Source of the DNA: Candidatus Bathyarchaeota archaeon
Lineage (GTDB): Archaea; Thermoproteota; Bathyarchaeia; TCS64
Assembly (NCBI GenBank): GCA_043826455.1
Contig: JBDRQD010000002.1
Coordinates: forward strand, 1 to 64,000
Reading direction: 5' to 3'
DNA: 64,000 nucleotides
Each line of letters begins with the position of its first letter. Position 1 is the stretch's first letter. Position numbers and translations under genes: made by a program. Of this stretch, positions 44,821 through 54,269 are shown in pieces. Under the pieces are notes generated by a model. The model saw only the letters and a program-made list of their open reading frames with translations. It ran no database searches and was not told the DNA's origin.

Positions 44821-46476
44821 ATGTTTGACACCCATACAGTTGAGAGCATTGAAAGATTTGTATCAGCCGAAATCACCTGTAGAGGCCACCCCGGCTCAAG
44901 CCTATCAATTATTGTAGATGGAAAAGTAGCGTGGGCGAAGGGGTTTGGCTACGCCGAAGTTGAAAAAAAAGAACCAGCCAAACCCGAGACAGTGTATAGA
45001 TGCGCGTCGGTCACCAAACCCGTCATCACTGTAGGTCTCCTCCAGCTCATGGAGAAGGATAAGTTTCATCTCGACGACGAAGCGAACAGCTACCTGGACG
45101 TAAAGATCCAGGACGTTAAAGGAGAAGAGCCGACTATACGGGACCTCCTCACCCATCGCAGCGGCATGCCCACACGGGTGCCACCAATATACATGTTTGA
45201 CGAGGACCCCCTAACAATGCGAGGCTACATAGAGTCCGCCGCACGAGCTGTAAGGCCGAGGGGGGAAGCGTGGGCCTACTGTAACACTGCTTACATGATC
45301 GCCGGCTACATGATAGACCTCTTCTCCGGGAAGACCTACGACAAATACGTAACCGAAAACGTGCTCAGGCCGCTGGAAATGAGAACAAGCGCCTTCACCC
45401 TGACCCCAGAGATCAGAGCAAAACTAACCCAAGGCTACAAACGGGCCGGAGGCCCCGATAAACCGCTGACACCTGTCACCCCCTACATACTAGGCACCAT
45501 GCCTGAGGACCCAGCAGGGAGCCTCTACTCCACTGTACTCGATCTAGCAAACTTCGTCATAATGAACATGAATGGAGGCACATACAAGGGCAGACGGATA
45601 CTAAGAGAAGAGACCATTGAGGAGATGCACCGGCTACAGGCCCCCACGGGAAACTCTAGAAGCGGCATGGGCCTCACCTGGATCCACAGCATCCACGACG
45701 GCCACGTCATGCTTAACCACACAGGCGGGTTACCCGACTTCACCAACAACGTGTGCTTCTACCCGGAGGAGAAGGTGGGGGTGTGCTGGCTCAGCAACCT
45801 TCAGGACGGCTCGGGCTGGAGGCCGCCAGCCCCCACAGTACTCAGGATCGCCCACGGAGACAAGCCGGCTTTCGGTGCAGGTCTCCAGACAGTACCCGAG
45901 AACTGGGACAATATCTGCGGCCTTTACGGCGACGAGACGCATCAGTTGGCTTTGGCGGTTCGGAACGGGTACCTAACCCTTGACAACAATGTGGTGCTGG
46001 AGAGGGTGGATGATACCCGTTACCGGGCTCGGGGGCCTTCAAACGACGGTTATGAAGTAACCATGGAGTATGGGAAGGATGGAAAGACCAAGAGCATAAG
46101 CTGGGGAACCACGTATCTCGCAAGATACCTCCCTGAGGCACCGGAGATCGATGCGGACCTCGAGCTGAAAGGCACCTGGAGAGGCGAGTACCATGACTCA
46201 TCGGGGTTCCACACACTGGAACTTACAGTCCAGGATGAGGACCACGGCTCCATCCGGGATCCTCAAGGGGAGACCATGGTTCTTGAAAATTTCAAAACTG
46301 CCGCCGGCAAGGTAGCAGGAGGTTTCCGGTATCAATTGCCGAAGGAGTATGCGCGATGGGGAACCAGCGACTATGCAGATGTAAGCCTAGAGTTACGGGC
46401 TGTTGGAGGGGAGCTCAGAGGGGTCCTACGGTCTCGCGGTGGAGCGACATTGGTAACGCTAAATAAAGTCTCATAA
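44821..46476 (+). CDS. Serine hydrolase (beta-lactamase / PBP fold) with C-terminal extension
   Basis: ASVTK, LLTHRSG, YCN and HTGG motifs. Confidence 0.9.
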   Translation: MFDTHTVESIERFVSAEITCRGHPGSSLSIIVDGKVAWAKGFGYAEVEKKEPAKPETVYRCASVTKPVITVGLLQLMEKDKFHLDDEANSYLDVKIQDVKGEEPTIRDLLTHRSGMPTRVPPIYMFDEDPLTMRGYIESAARAVRPRGEAWAYCNTAYMIAGYMIDLFSGKTYDKYVTENVLRPLEMRTSAFTLTPEIRAKLTQGYKRAGGPDKPLTPVTPYILGTMPEDPAGSLYSTVLDLANFVIMNMNGGTYKGRRILREETIEEMHRLQAPTGNSRSGMGLTWIHSIHDGHVMLNHTGGLPDFTNNVCFYPEEKVGVCWLSNLQDGSGWRPPAPTVLRIAHGDKPAFGAGLQTVPENWDNICGLYGDETHQLALAVRNGYLTLDNNVVLERVDDTRYRARGPSNDGYEVTMEYGKDGKTKSISWGTTYLARYLPEAPEIDADLELKGTWRGEYHDSSGFHTLELTVQDEDHGSIRDPQGETMVLENFKTAAGKVAGGFRYQLPKEYARWGTSDYADVSLELRAVGGELRGVLRSRGGATLVTLNKVS

Positions 46477-46690
46477 AACGCTTCACTCGGTACAAAAGCA
46501 GATAATATCTGCTCTATTTTTAAAGCACACTTTCCCGGCTTCTACTGCCTACTCCATTTGTGCCCGTATCATAGTAACCTGTTTTCCGTAGCTATGCGAT
46601 GATAAACATCCACACCACTCGTAGGCCGCCTTTCCTCATTAGTCATATTCACAGAAAACAAGCCAAACGAGATCTGTAGCCACTAAAACT

Positions 46691-46732
46691 GGAGGTACCC
46701 CATAGGAAGCCTTCAGGGAACTCTCTCGGCAT
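46691..46732 (-). pseudogene. 5-prime remnant of a glycoside hydrolase family 1 gene
   Basis: Reads MPREFPEGFLWGTS (GH1 N-terminal signature), then loses similarity and stops 13 codons later; TATA-like TTTATT about 25 bp upstream. Confidence 0.6.
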
Positions 46733-47022
46733 ACCCCTACGTAACTACTATTACAATAAACGGTTTCCATAACACTCACGCCTAAATCTACAAAAAATCA
46801 AACCCCATCAAACCGATCGATCTCACACTCTTCCACGCAGCCGTCAGGCACCCCCAAACAAACACCACCCCACGGCGGCCCCGCGACGGACACCGCCACC
46901 CACCGCCACCGCCAAAGAACCCCAAAAAAGCCTCCGAAACCGAAAAAACCCCTAAAACCCGGGAAACGCGATGGCGATGATGGTACCCCCCCTCCCCCCC
47001 ACGCACACACAACAAGAAAAGA

Positions 47023-47110
47023 TGGTGCGGAGGGTGGGATTCGAACCCACGAACTCCTAAGAGACAGGAGCCTCAGTCCTGCGCCTTTGACCAGGCTGGG
47101 CGACCTCCGC
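47023..47110 (-). tRNA. tRNA-Leu(GAG), CCA encoded
   Basis: GCGGAGG/CCTCCGC acceptor, CAGGA-CTGAGGC-TCCTG anticodon arm, variable arm, GGTTCGAATCC. Confidence 0.95.
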
Positions 47111-47152
47111 CCGCACACCCATAAACCGGCGACACCGATTTATCTCTTTGGA

Positions 47153-47227
47153 TGGGGCCGCAGCGGGGAATCGAACCCCGTCCAAGGGATCCACAGTCCC
47201 GTATGCTGCCATTACACCACAGCGGCC
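47153..47227 (-). tRNA. tRNA-His(GTG) with encoded G-1 and CCA
   Basis: G-GCCGCTG start, anticodon loop CTGTGGA, GGTTCGATTCC, C73. Confidence 0.93.
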
Positions 47228-47272
47228 ACGCAAACAACAACAACCAGCCGACCAATTAAAAGGGTTTCGCGG

Positions 47273-48058
47273 CTAAATCCGCCCACTCACACACGCCACA
47301 TACTTACCCGACTCCGTGACCCTGTAAAGGTTCTCCCTACCCCTACGCTCCTTCTCGATATATCCCGCCGTCTCCAGCTTACCCGTCACCCCTTTGTTCA
47401 GCCGCATGAGCACCGTCATCTTCTCCTCCCTGCTCAGCTTCTCAGGGTCCTCCTCGGCGAAGCCCTCCACCCCCTCCCGGTAAAGGAGGCTCAGAATGTC
47501 CCCCGTCCTCATCTCGCCCCTGCTGAACAGCTCCACCAGCACCTTGACGCCTCGCTCATCCGGCAACTGAATCTTAAAGTTCTCGATGAAGTGGACCTGG
47601 GGAGTAGTCACAATGGCGTTGCCGTGGCTCATCTTCTCCTCCGGCGTCTGACTATACCTGTTACACCTCACATAATACAGCCTGGCGTCCTGCACCATGG
47701 CCGCCATGGCTGTGCCCACACTCACGAAGGGGCCCCCTGCCGACATGTTCACGAACACCGTGTTACCCCTCTCCTTCTCAGCCCTCACCACAGAGCTCAC
47801 CCGCTTAATCACCTCCAACATGTCAAAGATGTTAGTCAGCACCGTCACCACCTCCAACCCCAGCCTACCCAGCCGCCTACGAACCTCACCATGATAATAG
47901 ACAAGGTCCCTGTTCACCCCCTCAAACCCCTCAGGCACCCAGGCCAACAGGTAAACCTTGTTAGCCTTGAACCCGTTCTCCACCTCAAAGACCCTCACAG
48001 CCCGGTCGATCTCATCCTCCAGGGGCACCACGTGGACGCTCTCCACGCCTCCGAACAT
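47273..48058 (-). CDS. DUF6293 / HFX_2341-like protein (CARF-like Rossmann domain plus winged helix)
   Basis: VHVVPL..EIDR, KVYLL, VFVNMSAGG...LYYV; C-terminal LE..GYI...GRE....VTESG wHTH. Confidence 0.8.
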   Translation of the reverse strand: MFGGVESVHVVPLEDEIDRAVRVFEVENGFKANKVYLLAWVPEGFEGVNRDLVYYHGEVRRRLGRLGLEVVTVLTNIFDMLEVIKRVSSVVRAEKERGNTVFVNMSAGGPFVSVGTAMAAMVQDARLYYVRCNRYSQTPEEKMSHGNAIVTTPQVHFIENFKIQLPDERGVKVLVELFSRGEMRTGDILSLLYREGVEGFAEEDPEKLSREEKMTVLMRLNKGVTGKLETAGYIEKERRGRENLYRVTESGKYVACVSGRI

Positions 48059-48086
48059 GGCGTTCAGCCTCGGTAATGTAATAGAC

Positions 48087-48113
48087 AACGTTAAACACGT
48101 TAAAGATGTTAAA
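48087..48113. promoter_or_regulatory. Three 9-bp direct repeats (xAyGTTAAA) upstream of the DUF6293 gene
   Basis: AACGTTAAA CACGTTAAA GATGTTAAA. Confidence 0.5.
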
Positions 48114-48233
48114 CCAAATAAGTTTAACTACCCGACCCGTCACAGAAAGTAGAACCAAGGCCCCGAATAAATCCAGCCATTGGATTTCCTTCCGTAAACA
48201 AAACGGGGCCCGGTTCAAAAGGAGCTACACAGC

Positions 48234-49559
48234 ATGACGACGAGACTCAGGGGCATGACGGGCTTCACCGTCATATGGGCGGGCCAGTTCGTCAGCCTCC
48301 TAGGCACCAGCATGACCAACTTCGCGCTGACCATCTGGGCCTGGGAGCAGACCGGCCAGGCCACAGCCCTCGCCCTCATGCAGCTATTCTTCTTCGCACC
48401 CCAGATCCTCATGAGCCCCCTGGCCGGGGCCCTGGTGGACAGGTGGAGCCGCAAACGTGTGATGATTCTCAGCGACATCGGGGCCGGCCTCGGCACCGCA
48501 GCCATATTCCTCCTCATGAGCACAGACAGGCTGCAGCTCACCTACCTGTACGCCGTCTCGGCCTTCATGGGCGCCTTCCAGAGCTTCCAGTTCCCTGCCT
48601 ACTCAGCTGCCGTCACCACCATGCTGGAGAAGGAGCAGTACGCCAGGGCCAGCGGAATGATCGCCCTGGCCCAGAGCGCCTCAGGCATCTTCGGGCCCGC
48701 CGCCGCAGGCGCCCTCATAGGCGTCATCGGGAAGACGGGGATCATCGCCTTCGACATCCTAAGCATCCTTGTGGCCATCTCGGCCCTCCTAGCGGTCCCC
48801 ATCCCCCAACCGGCAGCCACGATGGCAGCCAAGAAGCCCAGCCTCCTCCAAGACAGCCTCTACGGCTTCAGGTACATAGCCGCCAGGCCCAGCCTCCTGG
48901 GGCTCCAGCTCATCTTCTTCATTATAAACTTCACAGGCAGCCTCTGCTTTCCCCTCATAGCACCCATGGTGCTCTCCAAGACGGGTAACGACACAGTGGC
49001 CCTGGGGGCCGTTCAGTCCGCCTTTGGGGCCGGCGGCGTCGTCGGCGGCCTGCTCCTGAGCGCCTGGGGCGGCCCAAAGAAACGGGTGAACGGGGTGCTG
49101 CTGGGCATGTTCGGGAGCTACCTCCTAGGCTTCACGCTGATGGGCGTGGGCTCCGGGACCCTCATCTGGGCCACGGCGGCCTTCATCATCCTCTTCTTCA
49201 ACCCTCTCATCAACGGCAGCAGCCAGGCCATCTGGCAGAGCAAGGTTCCCCCCGAGGTGCAGGGCAGGGTCTTCTCGGCCAGGGCCCTAATAGCCCAGAT
49301 ATCGGCCCCCATAGCCATGCTCATCACCGGGCCCCTCACCGATGGCGTCCTGACGCCAGCCATGATGCCCGGAGGCTCACTGGCCCCGGCATTCGGGTGG
49401 CTCGTTGACACGGGCCCCGGCGCGGGCCCTGCCCTCCTCTTCCTAGTGATGGGCGTCCTGGGGAGCATCCTGTCACTCACAGGATACATTTTCCCCCACA
49501 TCAGGAACGTGGAGGATATCATACCCGACCACGACGCAGCCGCTGGACTAACTAATTAA
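48234..49559 (+). CDS. MFS transporter (macrolide-efflux-like DHA3 family)
   Basis: WAGQFVSLLG, GALVDRWSRK and QGRVF motifs. Confidence 0.9.
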   Translation: MTTRLRGMTGFTVIWAGQFVSLLGTSMTNFALTIWAWEQTGQATALALMQLFFFAPQILMSPLAGALVDRWSRKRVMILSDIGAGLGTAAIFLLMSTDRLQLTYLYAVSAFMGAFQSFQFPAYSAAVTTMLEKEQYARASGMIALAQSASGIFGPAAAGALIGVIGKTGIIAFDILSILVAISALLAVPIPQPAATMAAKKPSLLQDSLYGFRYIAARPSLLGLQLIFFIINFTGSLCFPLIAPMVLSKTGNDTVALGAVQSAFGAGGVVGGLLLSAWGGPKKRVNGVLLGMFGSYLLGFTLMGVGSGTLIWATAAFIILFFNPLINGSSQAIWQSKVPPEVQGRVFSARALIAQISAPIAMLITGPLTDGVLTPAMMPGGSLAPAFGWLVDTGPGAGPALLFLVMGVLGSILSLTGYIFPHIRNVEDIIPDHDAAAGLTN

Positions 49560-49659
49560 TTCTATTGTAATCGAATTGTATTCGTCTACCATAAAATATA
49601 AATACGGAATCAAACCCTATTTCGACCTGAATCAAATAGTATTCGCTTGACATCGAATA
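49558..49659. promoter_or_regulatory. Four 20-bp imperfect palindromes flanking a TATA box
   Basis: AATTCT-N8-CGAATT, TATTCG-N8-AAAATA, ATTTCG-N8-CAAATA and TATTCG-N8-CGAATA. Confidence 0.7.
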
Positions 49660-49660
49660 G

Positions 49661-50380
49661 GTGATGGATGTGTCAGATAGGAACGAGAAGATGAAGGAGC
49701 TTCAGGACGAGATGAGGCTGCTAAAGGATCAGCTCTTGAGGATCAGTGAACGCCTTGAGGAGACCGCAGAGGAGGAGCCCACCCAGTCGGAGGCCCCCAG
49801 CGTCGAGGCGGAGCCCGAGGAGGCCCCCCAGAGCGCAGAAACCCACGACGACGATGAAGAGGTCGACGCCGAAGAGGACGTAGGGGGATACTACTATGGG
49901 CCCAGGTACCGTAGGTACAGGAGACCCCCCAGGCCGCCGGCGCCCCAGTGGGGTGACCGCCTTGGGGACTACATCAGCGAGTTCGTGGACGACGTCATGG
50001 AGGGAGTCACGTCGGAACTGGAGAGGAGCCTCTTCACAGAGCAGGGCGACCGTGGAGAGCGGCCCACAGTCCTGACTGACAGCGAGGTTACCAGGACGGC
50101 GGCGGTGATGAACGCCATGGCTAACGAGCACAGGATCAAGATATTGAAGGAGCTCACTTGGGGGGGCATGTACGCCGGGGACTTCCAGGAACGCCTAAAG
50201 GAGATCAGCCCCAGCACCCTCAGCAGCCACCTGGACACCCTGCAGGACGCTGGCCTCGTAATCCAGGAGCGCCGCAGAGGCAGGTACCTCATAACCATGA
50301 ACGGCAGGATAGCCATAAAGATGGCCGCCACCATAGCCAAGAGAGCCGATATGCGAGTCGAGCCGGAAGACCTGGACTAG
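49661..50380 (+). CDS. ArsR-family winged-helix regulator with long acidic N-terminal extension
   Basis: AMANEHRIKIL...STLSSHLDTL..AGLV...GRYLIT. Confidence 0.85.
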   Translation: MMDVSDRNEKMKELQDEMRLLKDQLLRISERLEETAEEEPTQSEAPSVEAEPEEAPQSAETHDDDEEVDAEEDVGGYYYGPRYRRYRRPPRPPAPQWGDRLGDYISEFVDDVMEGVTSELERSLFTEQGDRGERPTVLTDSEVTRTAAVMNAMANEHRIKILKELTWGGMYAGDFQERLKEISPSTLSSHLDTLQDAGLVIQERRRGRYLITMNGRIAIKMAATIAKRADMRVEPEDLD

Positions 50381-50461
50381 CACACAGAGTAGCGCACGGA
50401 ACACCCGCCCACAGATTTGGGTGCAAACTTTTTTCCACCAACACAGGCATCATGTCACAGC

Positions 50462-51283
50462 ATGCCCACCACGCAGGTAAACGACATCGAGGTCTACTAC
50501 GAGACAAGGGGACACGGGAGCCCCCTGATGCTCATAAACGGCTGGGGCGGCAACCTGAACAGCTGGAGCACCAGGATGGTTGGCTTCCTCTCAGAGCGGC
50601 ACTGCGTCATCATGATGGATAACAGGGGTACAGGCAGAAGCGGCAAACCCGATGCCCCCTACACCATGGACTTGATGGCCGCCGACACCGCCGGCCTCCT
50701 GGACGCATTAGGCGTGAAGCAGGCCCACGTCATGGGGTTCAGCATGGGCGGCATAGTGGCTCAGGCCCTCGCCCTGAACCACCCGGGTAAGGTGAGGAGC
50801 CTGGTCCTGTGCGGCACCAACCCCGGAGGCATTCATCGCGTGTCATCCTCCATCCATGTCCAGACGGAGCTGGCCCTCATCGCCAGCCCGCTGCCCGAGA
50901 TGACTGAGCGGGACAGGACAGTGAAGCTGCTATACCTCCTCTACCCACGGGGCTACGTCGAGGAGAATCTGGAGAAGCTGATACTGGACGAGACCTACAG
51001 CGACCACCCCACACCCGACTACGCACTAATGAGGCAGAGCCAGGCAATTGCCGGCTTCGACAGCTACGACCAGCTGCCCTCCATTAAAGCGCCGGCGCTT
51101 GTGGTCACAGGCGTAGACGATGTGCTTGTTCCGCCTAGGAACAGCGAGATACTGGCTGAGAGGATACCCGACGTCCGGCTCGTGAAGGTCCCGGGGGCGG
51201 GCCACGGCGTGCTGAAGCAGAAGACAGAGGAAGTTGTACCAGTCATACTGAGGTTCCTAGGGGAAGTCGATGAGAGGCTCTAG
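50462..51283 (+). CDS. Alpha/beta hydrolase
   Basis: DNRGTGRS, GFSMGG nucleophile elbow, DD and GAGH. Confidence 0.92.
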   Translation: MPTTQVNDIEVYYETRGHGSPLMLINGWGGNLNSWSTRMVGFLSERHCVIMMDNRGTGRSGKPDAPYTMDLMAADTAGLLDALGVKQAHVMGFSMGGIVAQALALNHPGKVRSLVLCGTNPGGIHRVSSSIHVQTELALIASPLPEMTERDRTVKLLYLLYPRGYVEENLEKLILDETYSDHPTPDYALMRQSQAIAGFDSYDQLPSIKAPALVVTGVDDVLVPPRNSEILAERIPDVRLVKVPGAGHGVLKQKTEEVVPVILRFLGEVDERL

Positions 51284-51783
51284 CCCTCAGCCAGCTTCCT
51301 GAAGACCTCAGGGGTCATCCTGAAGGTGGTCCACTCGTCCATGGAGACCGCCCCCAAGCGGTAGTAGAACTGGCGGCTGGGCTCGTTCCAGTCCAGCACC
51401 GTCCACTCGACGCGGCCGCAGTCCCTCTCCACGGCTACCTGGCACAGCCGCTTCAGCAGCTCCGTCCCTATGCCGTTGCCCCTGAACTCCTCCGGGACGT
51501 AGATGTCCTCCAGCCACAGGGTGGGCCTGGACTCGAAGGTGCTGAAGGTGTAGTAGTAGAGGGCCACCCCCAGGTAGGGTGGGCCCACGTTGCCTGTGTT
51601 CTCCACCAGGAGGCAGTCGAATATCTTGTCCTCGCTAAACCCGTACCGCCTATACAGCTCGGGGGTCCCCTTGAACTCCAGCTTCTCGTATACGCTGAGC
51701 TGGTAGCAGAGGTCCATGATGACGGGGATGTCCCGCTCCTCCGCCACCCGTATCTTCCATCTTAAGCCAGGGATCTTAGGCAA
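51280..51783 (-). CDS. GNAT, diamine/spermidine N-acetyltransferase-like
   Basis: WLEDIYV, RGNGIG and VEWTVLDWNEP motifs. Confidence 0.9.
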   Translation of the reverse strand: MPKIPGLRWKIRVAEERDIPVIMDLCYQLSVYEKLEFKGTPELYRRYGFSEDKIFDCLLVENTGNVGPPYLGVALYYYTFSTFESRPTLWLEDIYVPEEFRGNGIGTELLKRLCQVAVERDCGRVEWTVLDWNEPSRQFYYRLGAVSMDEWTTFRMTPEVFRKLAEG

Positions 51784-51823
51784 ACCTTTTCACGGTATAT
51801 CCGTGGGCCTGACCCTATTAACT

Positions 51824-52483
51824 TTAAGACCCGTTGAGGAACCGGGCCAGCTCGATGAGGCTCATGTGCCTGGAGTTACTGTCGTAGCCGCCCCGCCTCA
51901 GGAAGAACTGGACGCTGACGCCCACCATGAGAGCGGTGATCACCGTCCCCACGCCGACAGGGCCACCCAGCAGGTAGCCTAGAACCAGCACCGTCACCTC
52001 GATGGCGCCCCGCACCTGGGACACAGGCCGGTCCAGCTTGTGGACGAAGCCCAACATGAGGCCGTCCCTGGGACCCGCCCCTAGCTTTGGGCTCATGTAC
52101 AGGTAGCTGCCTATGCCTATGGCCGCGATGCTGCCGAGAAGCAGGAGGTACTCACCTGGAAGGCTGTCGTATCTTGGCACCAGGCCCCACTCCATGATGA
52201 GGTCGATGAAGAACCCTATGAAGTACATGTTCATCAGGGTGGCGAAGCCCGGGGCGAACCCCAGAACCCAGCCGATGACTAGAACCACCAAGCCCACCAG
52301 TTGGGAGACCTGACCTAGCGTGAGGGGCACGTGGTTAGCGATGCCCACCTGCAGCACGCCCCAAGGGCTCATGCCTAGGTGGGAGTACAGGTTCATCACC
52401 ACCCCCACGGCGAAGAGGAAGAGGCCGATGAATAGGCTCGGAAGCTTAGCGAGGAAGCTTATCCAGTTATCCGTCCGCGACAC
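51824..52483 (-). CDS. YczE/YyaS/YitT family membrane protein
   Basis: LGMSPW, LGAGPRDGLM and GGPVGVGT motifs. Confidence 0.88.
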   Translation of the reverse strand: MSRTDNWISFLAKLPSLFIGLFLFAVGVVMNLYSHLGMSPWGVLQVGIANHVPLTLGQVSQLVGLVVLVIGWVLGFAPGFATLMNMYFIGFFIDLIMEWGLVPRYDSLPGEYLLLLGSIAAIGIGSYLYMSPKLGAGPRDGLMLGFVHKLDRPVSQVRGAIEVTVLVLGYLLGGPVGVGTVITALMVGVSVQFFLRRGGYDSNSRHMSLIELARFLNGS

Positions 52484-52495
52484 TGTCCGCTGCCC

Positions 52496-53533
52496 CTATC
52501 CTGGTATGAACTCCACCTTGCCCCCGGACCTGTCCAGGGCCACCCGGAAGGCCTCCTCCGCCTGTTCCAGGCTGAACCTGTGGGTGAGCACTTTCATGAC
52601 GTCAACCCGGCCCCTTGATATGAGGTCGATGCTCTGGGGGAAGTTGGAGGGCTTGGCGTCGTAGGCGCCCGCGATGGTGAGCTCGCGGCGCACCACCCAG
52701 GTCATGTCTAGAGCCACGTCTTTCCCGAAGATGCCTACGACGGTGATGTGTCCCCTCTTCCTCACTATCTCCGTCGCCTGTCTCACCGCCTGAGGAGCGC
52801 CGACAGCCACGTAGGCCACATCGGCCCCCTCCCCACCTGAGAGCTCCATAACGCGGTCCAGAAGGCTCTCCTCCTCGATGTTCAAAGTCTCGAGGCCCAG
52901 CCTCTCGGCGATGCCAAAGCGGACAGAGTCCAAGCCCAGGCCCGTCACCAGGACCCTGGCGCCGCCCAGCCTGAAGAGCTGGGCGCTGAACAACCCTATG
53001 GGTCCGCAGCCCTGGACCACCACCAGGTCGCCGAACCTGAAGGGGGTGATGTCTCTGACGAAGTGGAGGGCGTTGCTGAGGGGCTCCACAAGGGCGGCCT
53101 CCTCGTAGCTCATAGTGTCGGGCACCCTGTGGAGAAGCGTGTGGGGTACCGCTATGTACTCTGCGAAGCCCCCGTCCGTGTGTATCCCGAAGAGGGTCGA
53201 GCCGTCGCACAGGTTGCTCATACCCGACTTGCAGAAGCCGCAGCCACCGCAGGCCTTCACGGACTCGGCGAGAACCCGGTCCCCCGGCTTGAAGCCCACC
53301 GTCTCAGGGCCCGCCTCGACTACTTCCCCTGAGAACTCGTGGCCCATTACCACGGGTAGCCTCATCTTACTGTAAGCGGGCGTGTAGTTGTAGATGCCCA
53401 GGTCGCTGCCGCAGATGGCCGCTGCCCTCACCTTGATTAGCACCTCGTCGCCCCTTATCGTGGGGGCAGGAATCTCCTTGACCTCCACGCCGGGCCCGGG
53501 CCGCGTCTTCATCACTGCCTTCAAATGGTGCAC
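52496..53533 (-). CDS. Zinc-dependent alcohol dehydrogenase (threonine/sorbitol dehydrogenase-like)
   Basis: ICGSD, GHE, CGGCGFC...C and GCGPIG motifs. Confidence 0.92.
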   Translation of the reverse strand: MHHLKAVMKTRPGPGVEVKEIPAPTIRGDEVLIKVRAAAICGSDLGIYNYTPAYSKMRLPVVMGHEFSGEVVEAGPETVGFKPGDRVLAESVKACGGCGFCKSGMSNLCDGSTLFGIHTDGGFAEYIAVPHTLLHRVPDTMSYEEAALVEPLSNALHFVRDITPFRFGDLVVVQGCGPIGLFSAQLFRLGGARVLVTGLGLDSVRFGIAERLGLETLNIEEESLLDRVMELSGGEGADVAYVAVGAPQAVRQATEIVRKRGHITVVGIFGKDVALDMTWVVRRELTIAGAYDAKPSNFPQSIDLISRGRVDVMKVLTHRFSLEQAEEAFRVALDRSGGKVEFIPG

Positions 53534-53630
53534 CGCAACCCATGTGCGCCAGGGAGTCTTAATGTTTTCCAGTGACTCAGAAGAGTGGCTCGTGAATCAG
53601 CTCTTAAACTGAGCCGCCCCTGATTAGAGG

Positions 53631-54242
53631 ATGGAGCTCACTTTCACCATCTGCTTGGCAGGGTTCATCCTCGTCCTGGTTCCCTACTTCCTCTCCCTGG
53701 AGCACTGGAGGCTGAGCCAATTATTCGGCGAGGAGAGGGGCGTCCTTGTGGGGGACACCCTCGGCGTGGTCTCGGGGTGGGGCTTCTTCGGGTTCTGGAT
53801 CGGCTTGTGGGTCGCCCCTCAGGGGAGTCTACCTCTGGTGGGCTACACAGTGAGCGTCCTGGGCGCCGAATTGAGTGTAGCATACCTGCTGCTGACGCTG
53901 GTCTTCCTGGTTCTCGCCTTCTGGCTGGGACTGGGTGGCGTCCGCGAGCTGGGGCTCAAGGTCTCCGAGACCCACCGCCCCGTGAAGGTGATCTCCAGCG
54001 GAGTCTACGGCCTCGTAAGGCACCCACAGTACCTTGGAGGGGTCCTAGGCCACATGGGCGTGTCCCTGCTCCTCAGCTCACGGGACTCGCTGCTTTTCAC
54101 TCCTCTTGTGATCGGCGTGGTCTACTTGATCTGCTGGAAGGAGGAGGTGGAGCTGGTTAGGGTGTTCGGGGACGAGTACAGGGAGTACCAGAGGAGAACG
54201 CCCATGCTGATCCCTGGGCTCCGAAGACCGGACAGCCAATGA
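53631..54242 (+). CDS. ICMT/Ste14 family membrane methyltransferase
   Basis: GVYGLVRHPQYLG and EEVELVRVFGDEYREY. Confidence 0.88.
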   Translation: MELTFTICLAGFILVLVPYFLSLEHWRLSQLFGEERGVLVGDTLGVVSGWGFFGFWIGLWVAPQGSLPLVGYTVSVLGAELSVAYLLLTLVFLVLAFWLGLGGVRELGLKVSETHRPVKVISSGVYGLVRHPQYLGGVLGHMGVSLLLSSRDSLLFTPLVIGVVYLICWKEEVELVRVFGDEYREYQRRTPMLIPGLRRPDSQ

Positions 54243-54269
54243 TAAAAACCCTGAAGCCGATAATGACAC

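Noticed and set aside
39867..46476. Beta-lactam resistance genes
   Set aside because: SxxK-fold hydrolases without signal peptides in an archaeon are more plausibly peptidases or esterases; resistance cannot be inferred from the fold
47153..47227. tRNA-His as a pseudogene because of a U-U acceptor mismatch and a C-U pair at the anticodon-stem base
   Set aside because: All identity elements (G-1, C73, GTG anticodon, CCA, T-loop) are intact and single mismatches are tolerated
47087..48076. 329-aa plus-strand ORF and the small ORFs overlapping the tRNA genes
   Set aside because: Antisense shadow of the DUF6293 gene and the tRNAs; its His/Pro/Leu-rich composition reflects local skew
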